From Lama guanicoe (taxonomy: Eukaryota), in contig MU053487.1 in assembly GCA_013239625.1 (NCBI GenBank), forward strand, positions 701,058 through 765,057: a stretch of 64,000 bases of DNA, read 5' to 3'. Position 1 is the first letter of the stretch; each line of letters starts with the position of its first letter. Of the stretch, positions 11,916 through 25,465 are shown piece by piece. A program made the translations under genes and the position numbers. Below the pieces are notes generated by a model. That model saw only the letters and a program-made list of their open reading frames with translations. It ran no database searches and was not told the DNA's origin.

Positions 11916-14900
11916 CAATGGAAGCCTTCAGGCATCACCTGATTTGGGGCATTGCTAGGCCTGTGAGGTTTTCTTTGCGAGAGAACTTAGCCTGCATTTG
12001 TGAATACTTTACCTTTTGTCGGCACTTGCTACCCTTGCCACCTGCGATTTAGGAAATCCGTGTCGTGGTTAGCCTTCTAATTTTATAATTACCTTTCCAG
12101 AATAATAACCCCATCCAGGTGTTTTGTAACACAAAACAGCAAGGGAAATTAATTTCAATTAGAAGGGGAAAATACAAATTGAAGTGGAGTTGTGGAAAGG
12201 AAAAAAGCCTGACATGCATTTCTTTGAGCGTACTTTATTTAGGTAATTAAATCCCTGCCATGCGACTGAACCATTGGCAGTGGTGCCCTTTAAAGACCGA
12301 CATTTAAAAAATACATGACTCTGTGGAATTTGGAGCAGTGCTGGCTGCCCAGCGCACATCTGGAAACAGAAGGGGTCGGGGAGAGAGGAAGGCAGAGTGA
12401 GAGCCTCAAGGGAGGGAATGGAGATACAAAGAAGCAGCCTTCTTTTGTGTTTTCACACTTACATTGTTTCTTAGTGTAAGAGCAAGAGCCTTGTAAAGAT
12501 GGATTTATAAGTCAGTTTCCAGCGTTTTGAAGGGAGCTGGAGGGAATTGAAGGCCAAGGGTGACTTACGGGCTTTTATTGAAGAAAAAAAATTTTAAAGC
12601 CCTTGCCTTCTTCTCTCTCCCTTGAATGAGGAAATGCTGGAGCTTGTTTTGTTTGGCCAGCTTGGCTGAGTTTCCGAGGTGATGGTTTACCAGTGGACAG
12701 AAGGAGTCCTTCTTTCTGGCAGCTGGCAAAACTGCAGGAAGTAAGAGATAGACAAGCTCATAAAGGAAAGGAGGGATTGGCTTCTCAGTCTAGACCCACT
12801 GCACCAAAAAGCAGCTGGTCCTTGCCTCCTGGTAAGGGCAGTGCAGCCTGGGTGGCATGCCCGAGGCTTTGGCCCCTGCTTAATACTCCAAACGAGTTGA
12901 CCTATTTGTAGACTGAACCCTCTAGAAAGCTTAGCCAAGCCAAAGCCTGTTGGAGATGTTCTTTTGAACAGTTAAGTCTCCAGGAGGCTGCCGTAACCAT
13001 TTCCAAAACAATTACACAACCTTCTTCCCCTGAGAGATTTTTTTCCTGACTTTCCAGTTCTGGTCTGAGACAGGAAACTGAAAATTGTCAGATTTATTAT
13101 TCTGGATTTACCCGAATGTTCCACTATAACATTAGTTCCCTGTAATGAGGGTAGAGCTGACATGGGGAAAGTGGCACTAAGGGTACTATGAACTTGGCTT
13201 CTCTAAGCCTCCATGGTTAATTTTGACAGCTGGAGGGTGGTCTGCCTAGAAAAGACACACATGTTTAAGTCATGCAAGGGAAGAGCTCCATTAGGTGAAA
13301 TTTGTTGGGTTGACTTGGGCGTCTTATGTTTTTGAAAAGGGCAGAGTACCCGATTTTGAATCTGTATAGATTCTTACATTTTTGACACTTGCTATTATTA
13401 CTCTATGAGTTTAAGATTATTGAATCACCTTTTTGGAGCTCTTTACACTCTTGTACATCAGTCTGTGTAATGGGGCCCTGGTTACCTTCAGTGTTACTAG
13501 CCTACTTTTGCCCCCTTGTCCCTTTAAAAACAAGACCCATCACAAATCTGATTTAACACAGACAGATCAAATTAGATGCTACGGTGTACTCATTTTAGAG
13601 GGAGCACACTTCCACTTCTCAAGGAACCAGTCCACATGCTGAGGGTCTTTTTTTCAAATCCTGGACTGTGTTTAGTCTGTTCTCTAGGTAGAGCGGTCAT
13701 AAGAAACTTCTGGGCTGCATTTACACTACTTGTGATTTTTGTGGCCCCTTCCTGCCCTAATACCCACAGGCACATGAGAAAGGCTGAAGTCCATTTTTTT
13801 TAGTCAGTCAGGATATCCGTCATTGTCAGCCATGATTTAATCTAATTTAAAGATTTAGGCTCTTAGGCCTTTAGTCCAACTTTGTAAAAAAAATTAATGA
13901 ACTGAGTGATTAATTAAACTTTTCATGCATCACCTTGCATTTTCATCTTAGTTCATTTATTCAAAAATATTTTCGAGGCTCTACTCTTTACTAGGACCTG
14001 TGTATGTCCTGGGCCTGCCATACATGTGAAACTTCAGACCCACATGGCATCCAATAGTCTTAGAACCTCTATAGCTCGTATTTGTGAATTCCTGAGGAGC
14101 AGGCTTTTGGAGAAAGGTGGTTTTTTTGCTCAGTTGGGAATTTTCTAGCATTTCTCCAGCCTAGTCTTGTGGCATAAGGGAGGAGCTGCCCATACAACGG
14201 GCCTCCTCACTTTCTCGTATAGTTGTTTGCATCAAGACCAAAGACTCTTCTCCTATAGCTGCCATTTGCTTTGCAAGTATATATAATCTTCTTAGTAAAT
14301 GGTTTCTGAAAGGGAGTAGTGGTGGTATAGTCTTGAAACAGCAAAGTTTCTGAGTTGATGTAACTGACTAATTTTTCGTATGTGCAAACTGCTGCCCAGA
14401 GATATTAAGAAACCTGCTGGTGGTCACACAGTGTTGAGTGGAACCTCTGATCTCCCATCTTTGTGTTTGAGGTGGTTTGTACTCTTCTTCAGGACAAATT
14501 TTAGTTAGAAACAACTTATGAGAATTTTTTTTGGTATTAGTTACTCTTACTTTATAATTTTCTCCCTTTATGCTTTCTTGAGTTTTTTCCTATCTTTAGT
14601 TGCGCATTGAAGCTCACTGATTTCTAGTCGTCCCTCACTTTTAATATACACTTTTAAGAATGTAAAATTACTATTTACTTAGTACTTTAACACTACCTTC
14701 GTAACTTTTGATATGCAGTATTTTTGTCATCATTTTTTCCGTAAAGATTTTATTATGTACACTGTGATTTGTCCTTTGACTCTTAATATGCTTTAAAGTG
14801 TGTTTTAGAATTTCCAAATATATGGGTTATTTGGGGTTATCTTTTTGTTACTGATTTCTAATTTAATTACACTGTAGTCAGAGATCATGGACTCTGTGCT

Positions 14901-15199
14901 TTTCATTCTCTGAGATTTATAGAGTGAACTGCTTTGCAACCTTTTATGTGATCTATTTTTATAAATGTTTCATGCTGCTTGAAAAGAATATGTGTTCTCT
15001 AATTGTTGGGAATGATGTTTTATATAGAGCCATTAGATCAAATATTTTAATTGTGTTCTGTATCCTCAATAATTTTTTATTTGCTTAATTAGATACCGAG
15101 ACATGCATATTAAATTTTCTATTATGATTGTGGATTTGCTAATTTTTCTTTGCAGTCCTGTAAATGTATGTTTCATATATTTTGAATCTGTGCTGTTAG

Positions 15200-15430
15200 C
15201 AAAAAATGCAGAGTTTGGACACTGATGCCAGACTGGCTGGGTTTGAATCATGGCTATACCGTTTACTATCTCTGGACCTTGGGAAAATCATTTATTTCTT
15301 GTAATTCAGTATTCTCATCTGTAAAATGGGCTTTGCTTTGGGGATCATTGTGAGGGTTAAAGTAATACATGTAAAAAGCGCTTAGAATAGTGTCTGGCAC
15401 GTGATAAGTGCTCCATAAATGTGAATTATT
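15200..15430 (+). mobile_element. MIR SINE
   Basis: ctgggtttgaatc...accttgggaaaatcattt...cagtattctcatctgtaaaatggg...gcgcttagaatagtgtctggcacgtgataagtgctc is the MIR core and tail. Confidence 0.85.
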
Positions 15431-15576
15431 ATTCTTACTGGTGAATTGCTCCTTTTATTCTTATGTAATGTTTCTGTATGTGTATCTACATGGATATATC
15501 TCTATATCTGTATTTTTTTGTTTAGTCTTCTTTTATAATACTCATGCTGTTACACCAGCATTTTTTTCTTACTTAA

Positions 15577-15705
15577 TTTTTTTTTTTGGGTGGGGGTAGA
15601 TAATTAGGTTTGTTTTATTCTTTATTTTAATGGAGGTACTGGGAATTGAACCCAGGACCTCGTGCATGCCAAACACATGCTCAACCACTGAGCTATACCC
15701 TACCC
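15577..15705 (-). mobile_element. tRNA-derived SINE, vic-1 (camelid) type
   Basis: Reverse complement gggtatagctcagtggttgagcatgtgtttggcatgcacgaggtcctgggttcaattcccagtacctcc followed by an A-rich tail; Pol III A-box and B-box (ggttcaattcc). Confidence 0.85.
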
Positions 15706-17639
15706 TCTTTTTTAAGTTGGATATGCCCAGTATATCTTTTTCTATCCATATACTTCTAACATTTATCTGTCATGTTTCAGATGAATCTTTGGTAAATAGC
15801 ATATGGCCAAATTTGTAAATATTCAGAGAATTTCTGTTTTTCTTTAAATTAATACATTAAATCAGTTAATTTAAAAGATTATGAACAATTTGAAATTATA
15901 CCTACCATCTTATTTTATGTTTTCTATTTATTATGCTTTTTCTCTGCTTTTTTTCTTCCCTACTTTCCTTTAGGTTAATAAAATATTCTTTATTGCCGTT
16001 TTTAGCTTCAGCTGTTTTTGAAATTTATTCATTCTATTTCCATTCTTTTATTGGTTACATTTTAATTTTTAACATGCATAGTTAATTAAAACAACAACTA
16101 CAACAATAACCTTATCCTGAATAATTCAAGGACTTTAGAACATTTTAATTCTGATCTTTCCTTTTCCCATACTCATGTTTCTTTTTTATAGTAATTTAGT
16201 TTCACTTGCTTTAAGTCCTCCAAATAAGTCCTTGCTGTTGTCACTAATTCTCTTTTTTCATTCAGGGCTTGCATAACTTTACCCACATTTTTACCAGTTT
16301 ACTTGCTTTACTCTTGCTTCTTGCATCCTGCTCTTGTCTTAGAGTTCAGTTGTCTTTTTCCTGCATTACTTCCTTTAATAGGTACTTCTGTTATGACATG
16401 TAAGTTTTCTTTTTCCTCAGCCTTTGTCTGAAAATGACTATTTCCTCCTCCTCCTTGAATCATGTGTTAGTACATGTAGGATTCTGGGATGATATTTATT
16501 TTCCCATGGTCATTTAAAGGTATTAACCTGTTGTGTTCTGGCTTCTGTTATCACTGGTGAGAAGTCTGCTGTCAGTGTAATTGTTCTTATAGATAATCTG
16601 TTTGTTCCTCCAGTCCCTTTTATGGTGTTTCATTTTGACTTTGATGTTCAAGAGTTTTACTACATGTGCCTAGGGATAGGGTTTTTAAAAATGTATCATT
16701 TTAGAGCTCATTATAGTTTAACTGAAGATTCACGTCTTTCATTAATTCTAGAAGAGTCTCAGCTATTGTCTCAGAATATTACCTTGCTTTTCTGTCCTCC
16801 TTTAAAAGGTTCTATTTCACATTTTCCACCTCTTTGTTTTATTAATTTCTTCATCTCCCTCTTGCAGTTAATTAACTTTTCAGTTATGTTTAATCTTATG
16901 TTGATCTTGTACAGTGAAATGTTAATTTCTAAAAAGTTAATTTGCTAATTATTTTTTTCATATTTTTCTGTTTTCCATATGATTTTATTTCTTTTTATCT
17001 TTCTTCATTTAAAAGATAATCATCTAAGAGTCTTAAGATTGTTCTTCATCACAAGTACTACTATGTCCATTTTTTATGTATACTGGGTCCCAGTCACAGT
17101 GAGTAGTGAGTGTGGTTTATAATTTTGAATTGTGAACTCATTTTCAGCAGAACTTCGTATTTTTTTTTCTCCTATGGGAGTTCTATGGATTTTGGACTGT
17201 GAAAGAGTTGCTACAGAGTGGGCTTTCATTTGATTTAGCCAGTCTTCTCTTTTATGAAGATAATAGTTTTTCCATGGTCTGGTGATAGGAGTGATTTTGG
17301 CTTTTACTCCCTACCTTTTGTGGATTTAGAGCCATATCTCTCATTCCTATGGAACTATTAAAACACAGGATCCTTAGGGTCTCTGTTCAGTTTGACACAC
17401 CTTTCAAGTGTCATGACATTGACACATGGTTGTATCCTGCCCCCCTTGCTTATGACACCAAGAAATTTCTCCTTTCTTTTAACCTAAACTATATACTTAA
17501 TTTTTTCTTCCCATCTATAATTTCTAAGTAGTTGTATTGTGTGGAAGTGGGAGAAAGGCTGTGTCAGCTCACACTACCATCTGTCCAGGACTAAAAGTTG
17601 GGAAATTTATTTTTTATTATGGAAATATTTAAAAAATTA

Positions 17640-18250
17640 ATAAAAATTCGAGGACAAATGACAAATTAGAGAAACTATTTATGATATCCTTAATAGAATG
17701 TTAATCTCTTAAATTAAAAAAGAGATCTGTAATCCAGCAAGAAAAAGATGAACAACCTAACAACAAATTGAATGATTTTAATAATAAGAAAGATTTGAAA
17801 AAGCTCAGTCTTTATGGAAAAACAAATGTAAATTCAAATAATGAAATACCTTCTTTTGGCTATCAAATTGAAAAAAAATTTAAAACAATTATAATGTTAA
17901 GGGTGGTTTTAGATGTCGGTTCATGAGAGCTCTTAAACCCTGTTGATGGCAGTTCTGAGAGTCATTTTTTGGAAGGACAGTTGGGCAAAATGAATAAAGA
18001 ACCTTAGCAAATGAAAGGTATTTGGCACCATACTTCTAGGAGTTTTTATTTATGAATGAATTGGGGTCTGTACATAAAGATGAAGCAGTGTTAATAATGG
18101 CTAGTAACTGAAGCAAGTTAAATATCTAAAAAGGGATATAATGGTATAGCCATACAATGAAATATGATAGTTAAAATAATAACAAAGAAAAATTATTAGA
18201 ATTAAAAATGTTTAACATATATTATTAATTAAAAATCAGATGACAAAGAA
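17640..18250 (+). mobile_element. Ancient degraded L1 3' region
   Basis: A-rich tract with remnants resembling the L1 ORF2 end (atgacaaattagagaaactattt; atggtatagccatacaatgaaata). Confidence 0.45.
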
Positions 18251-20802
18251 ATATAGTAGAATCCGCATTTGTCTTTGTACTTCTGTGCTCTTAAAAATCT
18301 AGAGAGGCAGTCACTATTGTGTTAAGCAGTATTGGCAGAGTGGGTGATTGTTCTGTCTTTTTAAGGAAAATCTGTACTTCATATATTGCTTGTGTAATTA
18401 AATGAAGTTAATTACTATAGTATACCTATAGAATGAAATTTTTTGTGACTGTTAAAATCTGTGATTCAGAAGGATGTTTGATAATGTATGTAATGCTTAG
18501 AAAATAATTCTGACATAAAACCAAGCAGGACACACTACACAGCAGGTTTTCTACATAATGGAGTATATGAAATGCATATAAGCACATGGAATGAGATAGT
18601 AAATACATTAATATTATTTGTTGAATGAATCATCATTAACAATGTCAATAATGGTTATTGTTAATAGTTAGCATATTGGTAGCTTTTCTTTCTTCAGTTT
18701 TGAACAATGTCAGTGCATATTTTTATAAATCAAAAAACTATTCGACTACAGTTCAACTCCAAGAGAGATGGAAGAGAGGCCTGTGGGAGACGTGGAGGCC
18801 TGCGTAGAGAAGCCAGTGGTCTTGTGACAGCAACAGAGGCCAGGGATGGGCAGACAGCCCTGCCTGGTTTGTCTCCCATGTCTGCCTCTTCCTTCCTGGG
18901 AGTCCTGTAACCTTAAAGGAGTAAAGCTTTTTGCAGTTCCCATCTGCAAATGAATGACAACAGCCTTCTCAGAGAATATTTGAAATGAGAGTTGTAATGA
19001 CATCTGAAAAATATAAGAAATTTGCTTTTTTAAATGCTCATGTAAATTCAGCTTACCCCAAAGTTTTTTGGAAGCTGTGAGAGAGGTAGAAATGTGGATG
19101 AAATGGCCTGGTGCACTCTGCCCATGGGGTTTGTTTAGAGTTGCCCTAGTGGGCCCAGGGGAGCCAGGAGACCTCTCAGCAGATCACTGGAATTTAAATA
19201 AAACATGGATCTAGATTGCATACTCAAGCTTTATTCATTTTGAGCTGGCAGCTTTCCCGAGGGCTGAAAAGACTTCTGAGAGCTTCATGAACACAAGTGC
19301 TCCATGAGGTCAGCAAGCCTAAATTGGGTTGAGCATTTGCAAAGAAGACTGGGGAAGGCTCTCTACCCAAAAGATTAGTTAATTTATTAGCACTAGTGGC
19401 TCTCTGCCCAGAGGGGTGGTTACTTCACCCACTCTGGCGGCTGTGCAGAGGAATGAGTGAGTGGTTCAAAGGGCTGTGGGAAGGGCCTACCTTGGTCAAC
19501 ACTGAACTATGAGACGTTTATTTAAAACTTGAATTTTCCAACTTGTAAGCATTCATGATAGAGAGTTGCAGGGCTTCCTTTAACGGTTCCATGGGACTCG
19601 TTTGACATGGGTACGCTGACTTTTTGAATTCCAATGGATGTTCTTAATCCGCTTACAAATGAGTGTGTTCTTAACTGTTTGCCCGACTATTTTGTGTTTT
19701 AGAACACTCTTCATCAATCATCTTAAGTCAGAGAAGAGAAACTTTTTCTCTACCATAAATTAATCAGCAATTTTAGATGAATGCTACGGTGAGTCTGGTA
19801 GGCTTGTGAGGAAGTCAGCCTGGGGACCGGTGTGAGGTGGGTGCAGGTCTCTGGCCAGAGTAGGGAGTAGTTCTCTGCAGGGATGCTGTGGAATGGACAG
19901 GGTGGGGCCAGGCCTGCAGTGAGGCTGTTGATAAAGAGAAGTTGACTGGAGACTGTGGCCAGCCACTGTGGCTCTTGGCAGGACTCTCACGGTGGGGTGG
20001 CCTGAGCTTTGCTCTAGACATCAAAGCGCTATCTGGATGTTCACTTTTGGTCACAAAGCTTCTCACACATGGTTAGAATATATTCTCTGCTTTACCAATA
20101 TACGCTACAAAGAAAATCAAAGTCTTCCTATAATAGGCAACAGAAAGCATGAGAAATAGTATTCGTAAACAGCCGAGAATTTACTGAGTATCTTTGAAGG
20201 TCTCATTTGTATTTTCCTCACACTGAAGTTGTGTCTTAGACAAAATCATGTTGGTTATGCAGAATTAAGAAGTGAATACACCCACATGTTTGGCACACAT
20301 GGGGTTTTAATTTCACAATCTGTTTAATCTTTTTGCATATTCCAAGGGAGGCTCACTGTAGGAGTATGTGTATATCTTCAACTTGCAGTCAGGTTATAAA
20401 AAAATATCTAGGTCTAGAGTTTGAAAGTACAGGGATAAAAATACTTGGGGAAAAAAAACTGGATTAACAAACTCACAAGGAAAGAAAATGTTGGCTTCAT
20501 TTTAATTTTCTTGCAAAGTTTATAGAGTTCCAAATACCTAGCTCAGAGTATTCTCCATGTTCCATTGAAGACTATAGGGGTCACACCATTTTATTTCACA
20601 TGAAACTGAAAATTAAATCTCAGGTAAAGATTTTATATTTTGTTGTTTGGTGACACCTTGCTCATCACAGTACATAATGCAGGAATTAATTCCTTAAAAA
20701 TAAAGATTTAATTGGAAATTGGAAATTATTAAGAGACCATAGGGTCACTTAAAATGGGAAGAAAAAGTAGGGAATTACCAGGTTCTTTGAAGACATTCTG
20801 TC

Positions 20803-20830
20803 TCATTCATTCATTCATTCATTCATTTAT
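20803..20830. repeat. (TTCA)n microsatellite
   Basis: tcattcattcattcattcattcatttatt seen directly. Confidence 0.85.
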
Positions 20831-21518
20831 TTACTTTACTTATTAGACTCTCTTTAATTCCAGTTTTCTGCTTTGATTCCCTTTCCATAAAGAACAAGTC
20901 TAAGATTTTATAGAACATCTTTTGTCTGTTCCTGAGCTGTTTTTCATATTGTTATCTTATGTGCTTGTGTTCTGCGTTTAAGTAAATTGTATTTTAGAAT
21001 AGATCTCATTGTGTTCCTTACTTTTTTCACTAAACCTGTTTTAAAAAAGTCCGTCTATATTCGCTATGTTACATTCCATCCATAGCTGCTAATGCTGTAT
21101 TTTTCTCCACAGGATGTTCCCCTTCGTATTATGAACCCACTTTTGTAGTGGGGGACAGCCAGACTGCCCCCAGCTCTCTGCCACTGAAAAGAATTCTGAT
21201 CTTATGGACCTTTGTGAGAATTCATCCAGATGTCTAATTTTTACCAGTCTTACCTGAGGTGAACTGATATTTCATTATTGTTTTAATTTTTATTCTCTGA
21301 TGATTTTGAGTGTCACTATTAATGACAGTATTTTGAATTTCCTTTTGTACAAATCACCTGTTCATACTTTTGTCCATTTTTCTGCTGGGATTGTGATCTT
21401 TTTCTTTTTCTTTGCAAATATTCCCTGTATATTTTCTAGGTTAGTCCCTGATCAGCTTGGATAGTACAAGCTTCTTGTCCCAATCTACTGTCTGTCAGCT
21501 TTATCCACAGTGTTCTTT

Positions 21519-21811
21519 TTTTTTTTATTGAAATATAGTCAGTTTACAGTGTCATACCCATTTCTGGTGTATAGCATGTTTGTCATACATATACATATAT
21601 TCATTTTCATATTCTTTTTCATTATAGGTTGCTACAAGATATTGAATATAGTTCCCTGTGCTATATAGTAGAAATTGCTTATCTAATTTATATATGTAAA
21701 ATATATTTATATATATGTAACTTAGTATATGCAAGATTCAAACTCCCAATTTATCCCTTCCCATCCCATTTGCCTCCTGGTAACCATAAGTTTGTTCTCT
21801 ATGTCTGTGAG
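21519..21811 (-). mobile_element. Short 5'-truncated young L1 3'UTR with TSD
   Basis: Poly(T) then L1 3'UTR antisense; TSD tccacagtgttcttt (21504-21518) / tccacagtattcttt (21812-21826). Confidence 0.85.
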
Positions 21812-22612
21812 TCCACAGTATTCTTTATTGACGAGAAAGAATTAATTTTTAAGTAAGGAAATGCATACTTTTTTTTTTGCCTTGTGGTTTATGCACTTGG
21901 GTTTTATTTAAGAAGGCCTTATCCACCATTAGGTGACAGATATTCTACTAATTTTCATCTGTTAAGATTATAATTTTATTTTTCACATTTAGGCACTTAT
22001 CTGTATGTAATCCACCTTTATACATGGTGTTAAATAGTCCTAGTTTTCTTTTCTAAATATTATGATTTAATTTTCCCAATACTACTTTCTGAACAGTGTC
22101 CTTTTCTCACTGACTTATGGTGTCACCTTTATTAAACGCTGAGTAAACATATCTATTTCTCCATGAAATACACCTGCTCCATATCTGTTTGTCTACTTTT
22201 GCTCTAAAATTAAACTGTATTTTGTAATTACAGCTTTAGTAAATTCTTAATCTTTATTTTTCCTCTACTTTTTTGAAGTTGATTTAGTTTTTTGGTGGAC
22301 TTCTGTCTATTCTTTCATAGAGATGATCAAGATGGTTAAGTACCTATAAAAAATTAGGTGGGATTTTTATTGTGATTACAGAGAATTTGTAGATTATTTG
22401 ATAGTGAAGTGACAAGCATATGTGATCCTATTCAGGACCATGGAATGCCACTCCATTTCTGTAACTTTTTTTATTTTTCCTTTATTTAAATTAAAAAACT
22501 TCCCTCATAGTGAATTGTGAAACTCTCTAGATTCTTTATACTTTTTGTAGCTATTGTGAAGGTTATCTTACTTTTTATTTTATTTTCTAGTTGGCTACTG
22601 AGTTAGAAATGA

Positions 22613-22756
22613 TTTTTTTGTTTGTTGGGGGCAGGGAGGGTAGTTAGGTATATTTATGTATGTATTTATTTATTTATTTAATGGAGGTGCTGAGGATTGA
22701 ACCCAGGACATCGTGCATGCTAAGCACACACCCTACCACTGAGCCATACCTTCCCT
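22613..22756 (-). mobile_element. tRNA-derived SINE, vic-1 type
   Basis: atggaggtgctgaggattgaacccaggacatcgtgcatgctaagcacacaccctaccactgagccatacc with T-rich tail; near-identical to the 15577 copy. Confidence 0.85.
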
Positions 22757-24755
22757 CACAGAAAGAAAAGATTCTGACTTTTGTAAGTTGATCTTATATC
22801 CAGCAACATTGGTCAGCTGTTATTTCTAAAAGATTATTGCTTTTTCTATGTAAGTGATCATAGCCTCCACAAATAATAAATCTTTATCTCTTTCTCATCT
22901 TAACACCTCTTCTTTTTTTACACTTGACTTCTAGTATTGTTTCAATACTTCCACTACTATGCTAAACAACAGTAGAGATAGTGAGCAAACTTGTGGTTTT
23001 GCTTTTTCTTATCTTAAAGGAAGTGCATTTCTGTCTTCCTGGTTCTCTTCTCTTTTCTGGTTTGCCAAGAGGTTTTTTTCCCCCTCCATGAATTGTTGCT
23101 GGACTTCATCAAATTCCTTTCCTGCACCAGCTGAGATAATTGCATATTATTCTTTTCCTTTTAGTCTATTAATGACATCAAGTACATTGCTAGCATTTCT
23201 TATGTTGAACTATCCTTTTACGTCTGGGATAAACTGTACTTAAACTTCATGTAATTTTTTTTAAAACTAAGGGTGTTTTTAGAGCCTCAGCTCTTACATC
23301 ACTTTTTTCATAAAGCTTTTCTAATCTCCCTCTTCTTGCTCACTGACTCCTCCATCCTGTATGTTCCCAGAGGCCTTAGATCTGTCACTGCTATGAAACT
23401 TACAGTGGTCTTGGTTATTGCTATTTCTCTCCTTACACCATTAGATGGGGAAATAGGTCTCATTTTTTAAAATAGTGTTTTGAAGGTATAATTTACATAC
23501 ATTAATGCCACCTGTTGTAAGTCTACAATTCAATGCTTTCAAGTAAATGTATAGAGTTTGTGCAGCCATTATACAGAGCAGTTTTAGAACATTTCACTCT
23601 AAAATATTCCCTTGTGCCAGTTTGCAGTCAATCCTCCTCCCACCTTCAGTCTTAGGCAACCAATGTGTCTGGTGTGTTTGTCTCTATAAATTTGTCTTTT
23701 CTGGACATTTCATGTGATACATTTTTTGTATTGGGATTATTTCATTTAATACGATGATTTTGTGATTGTTATAGGGAGAATCAGCGGTTGGTCCTTTTTA
23801 TTTCTGAATACAGTTCCAGAGTATGGAGATAACACAATTTATTTATTCATTTACTAATTGGGATGCTTTCAGCTTTTAGCTATTATGAAAAATGCTGTTA
23901 TGAACAAACTGTGCACAATTTTTTTGTGGACATATGTTTTCATTTCTCTTGGTTGGACTCCTGAGAGTGGAAATGCTAACTCATTTGGCTAATTAATGTA
24001 CGTTCAACATTTTAAGAGACTGAGGGTTCTGGTCTCTCTATATCCTCACTAACAACTGGTGTTTTTTTTTAATTTTTATTTTAGAAATTCTAGTGGGTGT
24101 GTAATGGTATTTAATTGTGGTTTTGATTTCCATTTCCCTAATAAGTAAAAATGTTGAGCATCTTTTCACATGATTATTAATCATTTATCTTTTGTGAAAG
24201 TATTCAAATCTTTCCCCCATTTTTCTTTTTCTTCTCTCTTTTTTCTTTTTATAAACCTTTTTATTGAGATATAACATACATACAGTGCACAAATGTTAAA
24301 TGCAATCCCCATTTTTAAATTGGATTGTCTTCTTGTTACTGAGCTTTAAGAATCTTATATATCTGGATACATGCTTTGTAAATATTTTCTCCCAGTTTGT
24401 GGCTTTTCTTTTCACTTACTTATAGGTATCTTTTGAAGTGGAAGAGGTTTTTAATTTTGATAAAATCTAATTTATCATTTTATTCTTTTATGAAAGCATG
24501 TCTGGTGTCATATCTAGGAACTGATTGCCTAACTGAAGGTCATGAAGATTTTCTCCTAATTTTTTCAGCTTCTTGGTTCTGTATGTTAATGTTTTAAATT
24601 AAATTTGGCAAGTTTTGTGACATTATTTTAAGGAATTTTAAGAAACTCCTATTACAGCTATGCTGGTGTACTGGATGTTTTCCCATGGGTCTCTGTGCCT
24701 CTGTTAATTTTTCTTTAATCTTTATTCTCCCTTTTGTTCAGATTGAATAATCTCT

Positions 24756-25465
24756 TTTTTTTAACATTTTTTATTGAGTTATAGTTATTTTACAATGTTG
24801 TGTCAAATTCTAGTATAGAGCACAAATTTTCAATTATACATAAACTACATATATTCATTGTCACATTTTTTTTGCTGTGAGCTACCACAAGATCTTATAT
24901 ATATTTCTCTGTGCTATACAGTATAATCTTGTTTATCCATTCTGCATATGCCTGTCAGTATCTACAAATTTTGAAATCCCAGTCTGTCCCTTCCCACCCC
25001 CCACCCCCTTGGCAACCACAAGTTTATATTCTATGTCTATGAGTCTGTTTCTGTTTTGTTTTGTTTTGTTTTGTTTTGTTTTGTATGTATGTATGTATGT
25101 ATGTATGTATTTATTTATTTAGATTCCACATATGAGCAATCTCATATGATATTTTTCTTTCTCTCTCTGGCTTACTTCACTTAGAATGACATTCTCCAGG
25201 AACATCCATGTTGCTGCAAAAGGCGTTATGTTGTCAATTTTTATGGCTGAATAGTATTCCATGGTATAAATATACCACAACTTCTTTATCCAGTCATCTG
25301 TTGATGGACATTTAGGCTTTTTCCATGTCTTGGCTATGGTATATAGTGCTGCTATGAACATTGGGGTGCAAGTGTCTTTTTGAAGTAGGGTTCCTTCTGG
25401 ATATATGCCCAGGAACGGGATTATTGGATTATATGATAAGTCTATTCCTAGTCTTTTGAGGAATC
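24756..25465 (-). mobile_element. Young 5'-truncated L1 (ORF2 C-terminus + 3'UTR) with TSD
   Basis: ORF 25119-25361 (MFIAALYTIAKTWKKPKCPSTDDWIKKLWYIYTMEYYSAIK...FAATWMFLENVILSEVSQ) is the L1 ORF2 C-terminus; TSD cagattgaataatctct (24739-24755) / cagattgagtaatttct (25466-25482). Confidence 0.92.
25053..25120. repeat. Compound microsatellite (GTTTT)6(GTAT)7(TTAT)n inside the L1 3'UTR
   Basis: Seen directly. Confidence 0.9.

Larger units (their letters stand above)
14600..17300 (-). mobile_element. Ancient degraded L1 (L1M-type), interrupted by a MIR and a SINE
   Basis: Long T-rich tract with L1 antisense motifs (tcttctgg-like ttctggcttctgttatcactggtgagaagtctgctgtcag; ttgaaaagaatatgtgttctc). 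Boundaries approximate. Confidence 0.65.

Noticed and set aside
15630..15705. tRNA gene (also at ~22680-22756 and ~44240-44313)
   Set aside because: tRNA-like head is followed by a SINE tail and poly(A), the copies are mutually diverged, and the acceptor stem does not pair cleanly.
25119..25361. ORFs 25119-25361, 3983-4219, 6003-6380 and 40361-40558 as cellular genes
   Set aside because: All are L1 ORF2 C-terminal fragments of truncated elements.
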